Shown here one piece after another: positions 1 through 8,591 of a stretch of DNA of 20,000 nucleotides. The position numbers were made by a program, and so were the translations under genes. Numbering within the stretch: position 1 is the first letter of the stretch; each line of letters begins with the position of its first letter. The notes below the pieces were generated by a model that was not told the DNA's origin, made no database searches, and saw only the letters and a list, made by a program, of their open reading frames with translations. Source of the DNA: an uncultured virus (IMG/VR IMGVR_UViG_3300001592_000009) (Duplodnaviria > Heunggongvirae > Uroviricota > Caudoviricetes); IMG/VR virus record IMGVR_UViG_3300001592_000009. One strand, written 5' to 3'.

Positions 1-1700
1 CGGTTCGCCGAGCTCCAGCTGTCCACGATCGTGGTAGCGTCGATAGCGGCCGGTTCGAAGAACGTGGGACGGACGTGGAAGCGCGAAGCGCCCAGACCTT
101 CCGGCAGTTCCAGCGGGTCGCCCGACTGGGTGTGGTTGCGCAGACCTTCAACGGCGTCGAACACGGCGGTCACGGCGTCGTTCTTCAGGCGGAAGCGGGT
201 CGTGGTCACCAGGGCTTCGAAGTCACCGGCATCCATCTGACCATCGGTCGACTGAGGACGCTGAGCGGTCACGGGGGACAGCAGCGGGACATCATAGAGC
301 TGGGTGAAGCTGGTGCGGTCGATGAAGTCGCCACGCTCACGCATGTTGACGTTGGTGACCCATGCACGAACATCGTAACCTTCGATGGTGGCAGCACGGA
401 AGGCAGCCAGGATGGCGTCCACGTCCACGTCGGTCGCAGGCAGCACCTTCATGTCGGAGTCCAGCACGCGCACTGCAGCGACCTTGTTGCCGAAGACCTG
501 GACCGTGCCGAACTCGGTGTTGGCCGAACCAGCCATCTTCAGCGAAACGCCGATGGTCAGGTTGCGGGTGGCGACAGCAGCCAGAGCGCCAGCCAGTGCC
601 GAGCCGTCCACGTTCAAGGTGTTCTTGTTGATGCGAGGCGACTTGGTGTCGAGACTCAGCATCTTCATCTTGTCCGTGCCCTGCGGCGCGTAAGTGAAGT
701 TGGACGAAGGCAGACCCAGGGTCTTCAAGCGGATGACGTTGTCACCGACCTTGATGTAGACGTTCTTCAGATCGATAGCCGGGTCCAGCGTATCGGTTTG
801 GTTGGGAGCGCCACCTTCCAGCTTGGCGTCGGTGCTGTTCAGACCGATGATGCCGATTTCTTCACCGACGCGCAGAGGAGCCGTGCGGCGGGTCTCACCT
901 TCGACAGTGATGTCGTAATCGGCAACGATGGCGTTGTCCACGAACTTCTCGGCAGCTGCCGGACGGAAGATCGGGTACACGCTGGTGCGTTCCTTGCGAA
1001 GGATCGTGTGGTCTGCTTCAGCGCGCATCAGGTCGACCTTGCCGAAGTCCACGGGCTTGCCGTCCACGGTGTGGGTCACGCCGCGATGGATGGTCAGGCG
1101 GTTCACCACGATGCCGAAGCCGACTTGGTCCGCAGGCAGGGTCAGGGTAGGCCACAGCGTTTCGCCGAAGTCACCTTGACGGGCCACGCTGTAGTTGTAC
1201 GCCATGGTGTACAGCACAGCCGAGCGGGTTTCGCGGTTGTCGAACGCTTCGGTAGCGAACACGCTGGAACGGTGACCCAGGTAGTTGGGCACGCCGTCGC
1301 CAGAGACCACGAAGGTGTTGCCGCTGGACTGACGGGGGAAGCTCACTTCACGCGACAGGTACTCACCAGCCACGGAGGCCAGATGGGCTGCTGTCACGGC
1401 GGCCGTCTCCTGCACGAAGCGGCGCGACTTCTCACGCAGGGCTTCGACACCGGTCATCTTGTTGTCGTCGAGGCTCAGAGCGCTCAGCACGCTGGTCAAC
1501 ACAGAGCTCATGGTCTGTGCAGAGCGGTTCAGCATCGTCAGCTGTTCGCCGCTGATGCTTTCCGTTGCAAACGTGGCGCGAGCCACGCTGTCAGCCACCG
1601 GAGCCGTGTCCAACAGGGCACGATTCAGTTCTTTGAAAAAGGTCACATCAGTGCTTGCTTGCGGCAGGCTGTCGGACCGGACCTGGATTTGTTGGTTCAT
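1..1700 (-). CDS. Major capsid protein, phiKZ gp120-like (3' end lies beyond the left edge of the window)
   Basis: Not in the ORF track because it has no stop in the window. Manual translation from ATG 1700 (GAGG 9 nt upstream) gives MNQQIQVRSDSLPQASTDVTFFKELNRALL...FATEAFDNRETRSAVLYTMAYNYSVARQGDFGETLWPTLTLPADQVGFGIVVNRL. The same frame at the window edge reads ...DFEALVTTTRFRLKNDAVTAVF...IVDSWSSAN. This resembles the phiKZ-type capsid E-A-F/Y-D...N...A-R-Q...F.E...P-T segment. Codons are strongly C/G-ending, and the helicase / gp119-like / capsid order matches phiKZ gp118-120. Confidence 0.9.
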   Translation of the reverse strand, partial: MNQQIQVRSDSLPQASTDVTFFKELNRALLDTAPVADSVARATFATESISGEQLTMLNRSAQTMSSVLTSVLSALSLDDNKMTGVEALREKSRRFVQETAAVTAAHLASVAGEYLSREVSFPRQSSGNTFVVSGDGVPNYLGHRSSVFATEAFDNRETRSAVLYTMAYNYSVARQGDFGETLWPTLTLPADQVGFGIVVNRLTIHRGVTHTVDGKPVDFGKVDLMRAEADHTILRKERTSVYPIFRPAAAEKFVDNAIVADYDITVEGETRRTAPLRVGEEIGIIGLNSTDAKLEGGAPNQTDTLDPAIDLKNVYIKVGDNVIRLKTLGLPSSNFTYAPQGTDKMKMLSLDTKSPRINKNTLNVDGSALAGALAAVATRNLTIGVSLKMAGSANTEFGTVQVFGNKVAAVRVLDSDMKVLPATDVDVDAILAAFRAATIEGYDVRAWVTNVNMRERGDFIDRTSFTQLYDVPLLSPVTAQRPQSTDGQMDAGDFEALVTTTRFRLKNDAVTAVFDAVEGLRNHTQSGDPLELPEGLGASRFHVRPTFFEPAAIDATTIVDSWSSAN

Positions 1701-1728
1701 ACTCTTTCGCCTCATGAGGTTTTGATTT

Positions 1729-1768
1729 GACGTGGTTTTGATGCCGGTAGCGCTACCGGACCCACGTC
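1729..1768 (-). promoter_or_regulatory. Stem-loop in the capsid gene leader
   Basis: An outer stem GACGTGG (1729-1735) / CCACGTC (1762-1768) encloses the perfect 16-bp palindrome CCGGTAGCGCTACCGG (1744-1759). Confidence 0.5.
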
Positions 1769-1787
1769 GGGGACAGTGACAACAAAA

Positions 1788-2516
1788 TTACAGACTTGCC
1801 TGTTGAAGGACATGTACATAATTCCGATACCACACGGAAAGGTTCACTGTCGAGATCGGCAGCGCTGCATAAGCAGCTTTCAGAACCTGTTGAAAGAAGG
1901 ACAGCCGCGCGGCTTTTCCCGAGATACGGGACAGGAACCCTTCCTCCACAATGATATACAGGGAATCGTTGACGTACTCGACACGATAGCCCAGAGACTT
2001 AGGATCTATGCCGGGCGTAACGCCAGGCACGAACGCGATAGGAAAGACTTCTTCGCAGACAGGCTGACCGTCGTCGGTGTCCCGATAGCGCGCCATCACC
2101 GTGCGGCGGAACGACTCGTCCTGCTCGTAGAGCGTGACGGAAGCTTTGTACTCACTGTATTGTTCATCTGTGAGCACAGGCTGGTTCATGGCGCGGTCTT
2201 CGAAGTTCTTAACCTTGAAGAAACTATGCATGTACGGCTCATGGCGGGATCCGTTCCGAACCTCTTTCTCCTGGGTCAGGAAACAGTTCGTGACCACCAG
2301 AGCTCCGATATCCTGGAGAGAAGCCACCTGTCGGACTTTTCCATAGTCATGGATCTCACCCAGGCTGTACTTCCTGGTAAAGGCTCGATGGATCCAGGCC
2401 GGCACGATGAAGGCACGCAACTGATCTCGACCTCCCTGGAAGTCGGAGATAGGGCGATTGGCAGGACTGGCCTGCTGTGACCAGCCGTGTACATTCGGCG
2501 GATTCGAGGTATACAT
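1788..2516 (-). CDS. Conserved phage protein, positional equivalent of phiKZ gp119
   Basis: 242-aa ORF with AAGGAG Shine-Dalgarno. It lies directly upstream of the capsid gene and is divergent from the helicase, as in phiKZ. Confidence 0.75.
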   Translation of the reverse strand: MYTSNPPNVHGWSQQASPANRPISDFQGGRDQLRAFIVPAWIHRAFTRKYSLGEIHDYGKVRQVASLQDIGALVVTNCFLTQEKEVRNGSRHEPYMHSFFKVKNFEDRAMNQPVLTDEQYSEYKASVTLYEQDESFRRTVMARYRDTDDGQPVCEEVFPIAFVPGVTPGIDPKSLGYRVEYVNDSLYIIVEEGFLSRISGKAARLSFFQQVLKAAYAALPISTVNLSVWYRNYVHVLQQASL

Positions 2517-2616
2517 AACACTCCTTGTGTTTTAGCTGGCGAGAAGAGGGGATAAAAGCTGTTCAGGTCGGATATGCTCTGGCCCAAAACAATCAAATCA
2601 AGACGGAATTCTCGAC

Positions 2617-4143
2617 ATGGATGAAAACGTCATTCTTACCAAGTGTATCACGCTGCTCTTCCGAGAATCCCAATTGGAGAGCGGTTCCGAGTCCAGTGTG
2701 GACACGGTAAGGACACTGTTGGAGAAGCTGAAGATCAGCAACCACGACATCGGCATCGCTACACGCCGTAGCTCCATGCTGGCTATGAAGAACCTGGCGC
2801 TGGATCTGTGCAACCGATCTTCGGATGAACCCATGGATGCTACGGAACTGCTTCAACAGATCCGTGTCATCACCAATGGTGACAACAATCTCTACACTGC
2901 TTTTGAGCAGGGTATCCAGCCGGAGCTGGTGGGCGCGAGCCTCAAGAGGACCATCACAAACCTTCGGAAGACACTGACCAACCATTACCGAGAACAGCGA
3001 ACCATAGACATCGTTCGGAAAGCCAACCGTGAACTGGGCTTTGAACGTCATAATATCCCAGATCTCGGTAACTACATCCGAGACCTGATGACGGAACTGG
3101 AAGCCAGCACCATGAAGTCCTCGGGTAAAGACCCAGCTCTGGTGTTCTCCATGGATGTGGGTGATGACAGTTCCATGGCTGAAGTTTTTGAGAAGGTGAC
3201 CAGTTCCAACGACGCAGGTTTGGCCTATACGACGGGTTGGAAGGAGATGAACGATGCCCTTCAAGGCGGTCCTCGTTCCGGCGACTGTGTGGTGATCGGT
3301 GCGCTTCAACACAACTACAAGTCCGGGATGTCCTTGTCGATGACGACTCACATTCCGATCTACAACAAACCGAAGTGCAAAGACCCTACCAAGAAGCCCC
3401 TGATTTACCGAGCCACCTTCGAAGATCCAGCTCGTAACAACGCGCAGTTCATGTACCAGCTCCTCAAGTACGATGAGACTGGCGAGCATGTAGATGTCAA
3501 GGGCGTGTCTGCCAAGGANATGGCGAACTATGTCCGTGACCGTATCCGCGTCAACGGCTACCATTTCATCATCGATGAAGTGAACCCGGCGGACTGGACC
3601 TATCAATCTCTGATTTCCCGCATCATCGAACTGGAATCGGAAGGCTACTGTGTCGAAGTGTTGTCTGTGGACTACCTGGCCAAGCTGCCTACCACGGGCT
3701 GTGTTCAAGGTTCTATCGGCGACGACATGCTGGATATGCTTTCCCGCGTCAGAGGGTTCTGCTCAGCCCACGGCATCCTCTTCATCACGCCCCATCAACT
3801 TTCCACTGAAGCTGCACGTATCATGCAGACAGTATCTAACGACCAGTTTCTCCACGCCATCAAGGGTGGTGGCTACTTCGAAAAGACCAAAGGACTTGGT
3901 CGCATCTATGACATCGGCATCTTGATCCACAAATGTGAGACAGAGACAGGCGACTACCTTCACGTTGTGGTGGATAAACATCGGTTCCCATCGGTAGCGG
4001 ATTCTCGATTGAAGTCCTTCTTCATGAAGTTCCCATCGAACAAAATGCCTATCCCGGCCAATGTGAACAATCCGGAGCACAAGACTCTGCGCAAGATCCC
4101 TCGGACGACCCAGTCCAAGGACGATTCATTCTTTGAGCTCTGA
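2617..4143 (+). CDS. dnaB: DnaB-like (SF4) replicative helicase, phiKZ gp118-like
   Basis: 508 aa. It has TTGWKEMNDALQGG before a variant P-loop (VVIGALQHNYKSG), Walker B-like VLSVDYL, ITPHQLS (H3-like motif) and a KHR arginine-finger region. These are typical of phiKZ-type DnaB helicases. Confidence 0.9.
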   Translation: MDENVILTKCITLLFRESQLESGSESSVDTVRTLLEKLKISNHDIGIATRRSSMLAMKNLALDLCNRSSDEPMDATELLQQIRVITNGDNNLYTAFEQGIQPELVGASLKRTITNLRKTLTNHYREQRTIDIVRKANRELGFERHNIPDLGNYIRDLMTELEASTMKSSGKDPALVFSMDVGDDSSMAEVFEKVTSSNDAGLAYTTGWKEMNDALQGGPRSGDCVVIGALQHNYKSGMSLSMTTHIPIYNKPKCKDPTKKPLIYRATFEDPARNNAQFMYQLLKYDETGEHVDVKGVSAKXMANYVRDRIRVNGYHFIIDEVNPADWTYQSLISRIIELESEGYCVEVLSVDYLAKLPTTGCVQGSIGDDMLDMLSRVRGFCSAHGILFITPHQLSTEAARIMQTVSNDQFLHAIKGGGYFEKTKGLGRIYDIGILIHKCETETGDYLHVVVDKHRFPSVADSRLKSFFMKFPSNKMPIPANVNNPEHKTLRKIPRTTQSKDDSFFEL

Positions 4144-4145
4144 TC

Positions 4146-4188
4146 AAAAAAGAAACACAGGTGGATGGGGTCTTCCCATCCACCTGTG
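4146..4188 (-). terminator. Intrinsic terminator between convergent genes
   Basis: 14-bp perfect stem CACAGGTGGATGGG / CCCATCCACCTGTG (4156-4188). The A-rich run at 4146-4155 forms a U-tract on the minus strand. Confidence 0.75.
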
Positions 4189-4198
4189 ACGCTATCCA

Positions 4199-4432
4199 CT
4201 ATAGGTGGTCTTTGAGCAGCTGCTTTCTACGCTGATCGTATTCGCTGGTGGAAAGAGGTTTCGATTGACTCATCAGGTCGAAAGCTGCCGATTTCGAGCT
4301 ACTGATAACTTCCTTAACTTTCTTTTTAGCTCTTTTATGCAGGTAGAGAGCTGCAAAACAGACGAGCAGCACGAGAACGAAGAGCGTAATAGCGACAAGA
4401 TATTCGGAAAAGAAGTTCATAAGAGAGCTCAT
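4199..4432 (-). CDS. Small single-pass membrane protein
   Basis: 77 aa. The hydrophobic stretch LVAITLFVLVLLVCFAALYL is followed by a basic patch (HKRAKKKVK). AAGGA lies upstream. Confidence 0.7.
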   Translation of the reverse strand: MSSLMNFFSEYLVAITLFVLVLLVCFAALYLHKRAKKKVKEVISSSKSAAFDLMSQSKPLSTSEYDQRRKQLLKDHL

Positions 4433-4458
4433 TGGAAAGTCCTTTGATTGAAGTGGAT

Positions 4459-4860
4459 TTAGGATGGTTTCTTCTTGTTGTCGATATCGTCCCAGTACTC
4501 ATGGTAGATCTCAGCACGGAGGACAAACCCATCTTTGTCAACCAGCAACTTGACTGGAGTGCCTGTGCGCTCGCATTCACGAAGAATGTCCCGGGTATAG
4601 AGATCAACTCCCTCTGGAGAGCGGGTAGTGTGGAGCTGATAAGCCACTAGCAGTTCAGCCGAGAGATCGTATCGATGTAGAACAAAACGACCATGTCCGA
4701 CGTTCATTTTCGCTTCGAATACATTTTCGAAAACCATGATGAACTTTACATCTTCACACTGGCAGTCACTTCTCTGGTGAAAGTGCTGAATGGTCAGAAT
4801 GGCGGGGTTCGGACTATAACCCGGTGGGTGAAAATTAACGAGTTTGTAACTGTGTTTCAT
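4459..4860 (-). CDS. Hypothetical protein (133 aa)
   Basis: Start revised to ATG 4860 (MKHSYKLV..., GGAAGG upstream), because the longer ORF-track start runs through a hairpin. Confidence 0.65.
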   Translation of the reverse strand: MKHSYKLVNFHPPGYSPNPAILTIQHFHQRSDCQCEDVKFIMVFENVFEAKMNVGHGRFVLHRYDLSAELLVAYQLHTTRSPEGVDLYTRDILRECERTGTPVKLLVDKDGFVLRAEIYHEYWDDIDNKKKPS

Positions 4861-4893
4861 TACGACCTTCCGATTGGATCGAGTGATAGCTCC

Positions 4894-4938
4894 ACATAGC
4901 CTCCAGGAGCCCCTTAGAGGGCTCCTGGAGGCTCTTGT
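4894..4938. terminator. ACATAGC-flanked GC-rich hairpin, probable terminator
   Basis: AGCCTCCAGGAGCCC-cttaga-GGGCTCCTGGAGGCT, a 15-bp stem immediately after the stop of the upstream minus-strand gene. Confidence 0.6.
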
Positions 4939-5222
4939 CACGCAATATAGATGATTGCCACCACAGTGACATAGAGAAGGAAGCCGAAGATTACAGTGGC
5001 TCCTCGAAACATCCCCATCGCCGTATGGTAGACTTCCTCGAAAAGCTTCCTCAGCAGATGGATGTCCTCCTGGATACAGTTCGAGTTGTGTTCCTTGGCG
5101 TACTCAGAGGAGAGCCTTCTGAGCTCTTTCCAGAGATACTCTTCCCCGTGTTTCAGAAAGGAGAACATGACGATGGCTGTAAGGCCGGACCAGGCAAAGA
5201 TGTAGAGAAGTTTATAGAGCAT
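4938..5222 (-). CDS. Small two-TM membrane protein
   Basis: Hydrophobic N-terminal (LLYIFAWSGLTAIVMFSFL) and C-terminal (ATVIFGFLLYVTVVAIIYIA) segments. The start is 5222 or 5246. Confidence 0.65.
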   Translation of the reverse strand: MLYKLLYIFAWSGLTAIVMFSFLKHGEEYLWKELRRLSSEYAKEHNSNCIQEDIHLLRKLFEEVYHTAMGMFRGATVIFGFLLYVTVVAIIYIA

Positions 5223-5227
5223 GTTAA

Positions 5228-6529
5228 TCAGTAGTGGTGGTACCACTCAGATCTTTGTTTTTCACCGCCTTCAGCAAACAAGAAGACTATCTCCTTATCC
5301 ACTTTCTCATCGAACTCAAGATAAGTCTTAGGCATGCCTGCGTAAAGAATCGCTTTCAAATCACTGAGGAGAGGACTTTCGAAACCTACTTTGAGACTAT
5401 AGAACATCAGTCTGGAGTGGTAGTGAAGCAGGGCACTATAGACATCTTCACCCGGTACAGAGAGCTGTTTCAAACGCTCCGCCGCAGCGGTGTCGAAAAT
5501 AGTCGATCCACCTTCACTAATCCTGCTGAAAGCCAGAGCTGTGATGATGGTGTTTCTTTCCTCCATGAGATGGTTGGCTTTCTCAATGCCGACAGTCAGC
5601 GAGTGAGATGTTTCGTCCTCGGAGACTTTCGGAGTCTCTGTGAAAGGTTTCTTCTGAGAAGCTTCACGCTCTTCGATGAAGTGACAAATACGCCTCAACG
5701 TAGCAACGATCCAACGAGCATCCGTATCGAGGTTACGAGATCCCCATTGGCCAATGGCCCCGACATAGATCAATGCCGGTGGTATCGTCTTAGGGTTGCC
5801 GTCCCACCCATTGAAAAAACTCGTGAGATTGTCCTTGAGGTAAGAAGTCTCTCTGCTACTAGGCACAATCAGAGTGAGAAGGGTTCGAAGGATCGCAATG
5901 GACAGAACGAGCTTTTCCGGGTTAAGGACAGCTGTCAGCTTATCCAGCATGGTGAAAAGCGTAGAGATCTCCTCTAAACGTCCGGAAGGCTGGATGTTCG
6001 GAAGAACTGACCGATCTGAAGAAGGTTCTTTGACCTCTTCTTTCTGTGAAGAGTCGAGAACGGTGATGACGCCTATTCCCATATCCACCTCAATACTCGA
6101 AACATTCTGCCCTTTTACTATCTTAAAGCTGCCGTATCCGTTCTTCCGGATGTCGACTGCCCAGAGGTCTCGGAGATCGACCTCCGACAGAAGTCCGTAC
6201 TGTGCGGTTCTTTTGTGAAGACCTAATGGTGAAAAGGTGGTCTCTCCATCAGAGAGTTTGATGTAGATCTTTCGATCTTTCTTGAGGGTACTGCTGTTCT
6301 CACGATCAGATGGGAAAACATGGACGTCGGGAGATGGATCGCCTGAAGTGAATATTCGGTCAAATTCAAGCTCGGTTGGCGGACGCTCCCCTTCCGTCAG
6401 ATTCAGAAATTCTTTCACGAAATTGCGTCGGATGATCGTCAGTCCGACAAGTTCTGCCGCTTTGATGAACTCTTCACGGAGCTCTTTGAACGTGGCGAAG
6501 CGAGCTTCTAAGATCTTTGAATGTGTCAC
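5228..6529 (-). CDS. Hypothetical protein (~433 aa)
   Basis: Long ORF with no recognised motif. The likely start is GTG 6529 after AAGGA, since the ORF-track start at 6583 abuts the terminator. Confidence 0.7.
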   Translation of the reverse strand: MTHSKILEARFATFKELREEFIKAAELVGLTIIRRNFVKEFLNLTEGERPPTELEFDRIFTSGDPSPDVHVFPSDRENSSTLKKDRKIYIKLSDGETTFSPLGLHKRTAQYGLLSEVDLRDLWAVDIRKNGYGSFKIVKGQNVSSIEVDMGIGVITVLDSSQKEEVKEPSSDRSVLPNIQPSGRLEEISTLFTMLDKLTAVLNPEKLVLSIAILRTLLTLIVPSSRETSYLKDNLTSFFNGWDGNPKTIPPALIYVGAIGQWGSRNLDTDARWIVATLRRICHFIEEREASQKKPFTETPKVSEDETSHSLTVGIEKANHLMEERNTIITALAFSRISEGGSTIFDTAAAERLKQLSVPGEDVYSALLHYHSRLMFYSLKVGFESPLLSDLKAILYAGMPKTYLEFDEKVDKEIVFLFAEGGEKQRSEWYHHY

Positions 6530-6581
6530 GGTGAGGTTTCCTTGGACGATGTGGTTGAGACAGTTTAAACAAACAGCAGAC

Positions 6582-6611
6582 AAAAAGAGAGAGGCCGAAG
6601 GGCCTCTCTCT
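6582..6611 (-). terminator. Intrinsic terminator after chimallin
   Basis: On the minus strand, AGAGAGAGGCC-cuuc-GGCCUCUCUCU is followed by UUUU, about 20 nt after the chmA stop. Confidence 0.85.
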
Positions 6612-6631
6612 GTTCTTATGCACCGAGGTGC

Positions 6632-8551
6632 TTATGCACGGCCGTAGCCGCCACGGTAGCCGCTGTAGCTGTAGCCGCGCGAGGAAGAGCGCGGCTGGTA
6701 GCCAGACCGGTAGGTCGAAGTGCCGCTGGACAGCGAACGGCTCACGAAGTCGGGCGAAGGAACACCACTGCGCAGCTCGTCTGCGTTGAGCGGGGTATTC
6801 ACCGTGGTCGGGATGTTCATCTGGCTGATGGCGTTCGAGATGGCCTTCACGAAGTCATCCGAGAAGGTCACGCGAGCGCTGTAGCGATCGATGGTGGCCG
6901 ACTGGTTGCAAGCATCTTGGATGATGCCTTCGCGGATGGCGCAGTTGCGTTCGGGAGACACGCCGGGGCGGTTCACGAAGGTGTTGCTGTACTCGAAGAT
7001 GACCGCGGGGTCGTTCTTGTACAGGTTGCAGATCGCCGTCAGGTCGATGTTGGCCAGATCCTGGATGCTGCCATCCGAGGCACGGTAGCGCCCACCCGGC
7101 ACCCGCACGATGTTGGTGAACATCGGCATCTTATCCAGGTCGAAGAAACTGCCGAAGTGGTTGTCGGTCAGCTCCATCAGCGCGTCGAAGATCTGGCGGC
7201 GTGCGTCGTTGTCACCGGAGGCGGCAGCGGCGAACACGTTCAGGTACCAGGACTGAGGGCCAGCTTCAGGGCAATCCATGGAAATCACCAGACCTTGACG
7301 GAACAGTGCCGTCAGGTAGGCGTTCACCTTGGGGATGTCGTTGGCGAACTTCTCGATGTTCACTTCACGACCGAAACCACCCAGGTCTTCTTCGCGATGG
7401 ATGTTGGCCGGGATGTTCAGGGCACCGATGTTCACGATATCCACATCACCCTTGGTCACACCCTTGGACTTGGGCAGGAAGCCTTGGATCCAGGTATCGC
7501 CATCAACCAGCGCCAGCACGCTCGAGATCGCCATCAGCACTGCCGCGGGAGACGTGGCAAACTCGGTACGCACGCTGGTCAGCACCAGTTCTGCGACGAA
7601 GGACTGCGTCGGCAGATTCTGGTTGTAGCCTGCGGGCTGAAAGCCGAAGTTCTGATGCTGGTGCAGGGGCGACCAGATCGGCTGCAGGAAGCCGCTCAAT
7701 TCGCAGATCTGCGCCACGCTATCCGCCACGTTCACGGTACGGAGACCGGTGAAGTTGTTGGCGTTCTTCTTCTGGCTGGTGTAGTTGATCAGCACCGATG
7801 CGCGCTGCGGGTTGCCGACGATGTCGACCACCTGGTGGTTGCCAAAGGTCACGTCGATCACGAAGCGGCAATCGGGATCCATCTGCGCCAGGTTCAGATC
7901 ACCGAAGTTGCCAGTGACGCCGTTGATCGTGGAGACGCAGGCCAGAGCGGCGTTGCGGGCCACGTTCTCGAAGTCTGCCGACATGTTGCCAGTACCGACA
8001 GCGGTGGAGACAGGCGGCTGGACATGACCAGGGACCACCATGGCATCGGCACTGTAGATGTGGCACGAGGGGAACTCGGCCGTCACAGCGTCGTAGGCCT
8101 TCTTCTGCAGCACGTCGTCGAAGGCGTCGCCGGTGACCATGTTGACACGGACTTGCTGGTTGTCCATGTTGACCATGCGAGGCGTCAGCTTCTCACCAGT
8201 GGCTTCGAGGATCAGGGTGTGGTAGGCTGCCACGTTGCTGCTGACCTTGGGCATGCGGACCGCCACCACGATGGCGGAGAAACGCATCTCCTGGGCGTTC
8301 TGGCGATTCAAGCTGATGATCTTCAGCTCTACACCTTCAACGATGTCCTTGAACAGCTCATTGATGGCGGTACGGAACTTGGTGAAGTACTCACCACCCA
8401 CACCTGCGGCCACGGGGGACTTGGTCAGGTTGGTTTGGTGGAAGGACCACATCCCGCCCTTCTGGGTCTGGGCAGCAGCACTCTGGTAGGCGTCCTGACG
8501 CGCGCCGGTGTTGNCTTGGTCGTTGCTGGTGTTGTCGTCTACGATGGCCAT
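6632..8551 (-). CDS. chmA: Chimallin, phage nuclear shell protein (phiKZ gp54 / 201phi2-1 gp105 family), 639 aa
   Basis: About 640 aa with a low-complexity N-terminus. Recognisable segments include FSAIVVA, AYHTLILEATG, VTGDAFDDVL, ICELSGFLQPIW, NIGALN, ISMDCPEAGPQSW, DLANIDL and ARVTF, plus a G/Y/S/R-rich tail. Codon bias is very strong, and the gene lies next to the gp52-like genes and DNA polymerase as in phiKZ. Start revised to ATG 8551 (MAIVDD...). Confidence 0.88.
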   Translation of the reverse strand: MAIVDDNTSNDQXNTGARQDAYQSAAAQTQKGGMWSFHQTNLTKSPVAAGVGGEYFTKFRTAINELFKDIVEGVELKIISLNRQNAQEMRFSAIVVAVRMPKVSSNVAAYHTLILEATGEKLTPRMVNMDNQQVRVNMVTGDAFDDVLQKKAYDAVTAEFPSCHIYSADAMVVPGHVQPPVSTAVGTGNMSADFENVARNAALACVSTINGVTGNFGDLNLAQMDPDCRFVIDVTFGNHQVVDIVGNPQRASVLINYTSQKKNANNFTGLRTVNVADSVAQICELSGFLQPIWSPLHQHQNFGFQPAGYNQNLPTQSFVAELVLTSVRTEFATSPAAVLMAISSVLALVDGDTWIQGFLPKSKGVTKGDVDIVNIGALNIPANIHREEDLGGFGREVNIEKFANDIPKVNAYLTALFRQGLVISMDCPEAGPQSWYLNVFAAAASGDNDARRQIFDALMELTDNHFGSFFDLDKMPMFTNIVRVPGGRYRASDGSIQDLANIDLTAICNLYKNDPAVIFEYSNTFVNRPGVSPERNCAIREGIIQDACNQSATIDRYSARVTFSDDFVKAISNAISQMNIPTTVNTPLNADELRSGVPSPDFVSRSLSSGTSTYRSGYQPRSSSRGYSYSGYRGGYGRA

Positions 8552-8575
8552 CGTTTTCTCTTTCTTTCGATTGTA

Positions 8576-8591
8576 GGACTGTGCACAGTCC
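8576..8591 (-). promoter_or_regulatory. Perfect 16-bp palindrome / hairpin in the chmA leader
   Basis: GGACTGTGCACAGTCC is its own reverse complement and lies about 25 nt upstream of the chmA ATG. Confidence 0.45.

Noticed and set aside
75..1730. 551-aa plus-strand ORF
   Set aside because: Antisense shadow of the codon-biased capsid gene, with an unnatural H/V/G-rich composition.
3289..3330. Non-canonical helicase Walker A (GALQHNYKSG) as a sign of inactivity
   Set aside because: As I recall, this variant is the normal form in phiKZ-type DnaB helicases.
2593..3708. 371-aa minus-strand ORF
   Set aside because: Antisense shadow of the helicase.
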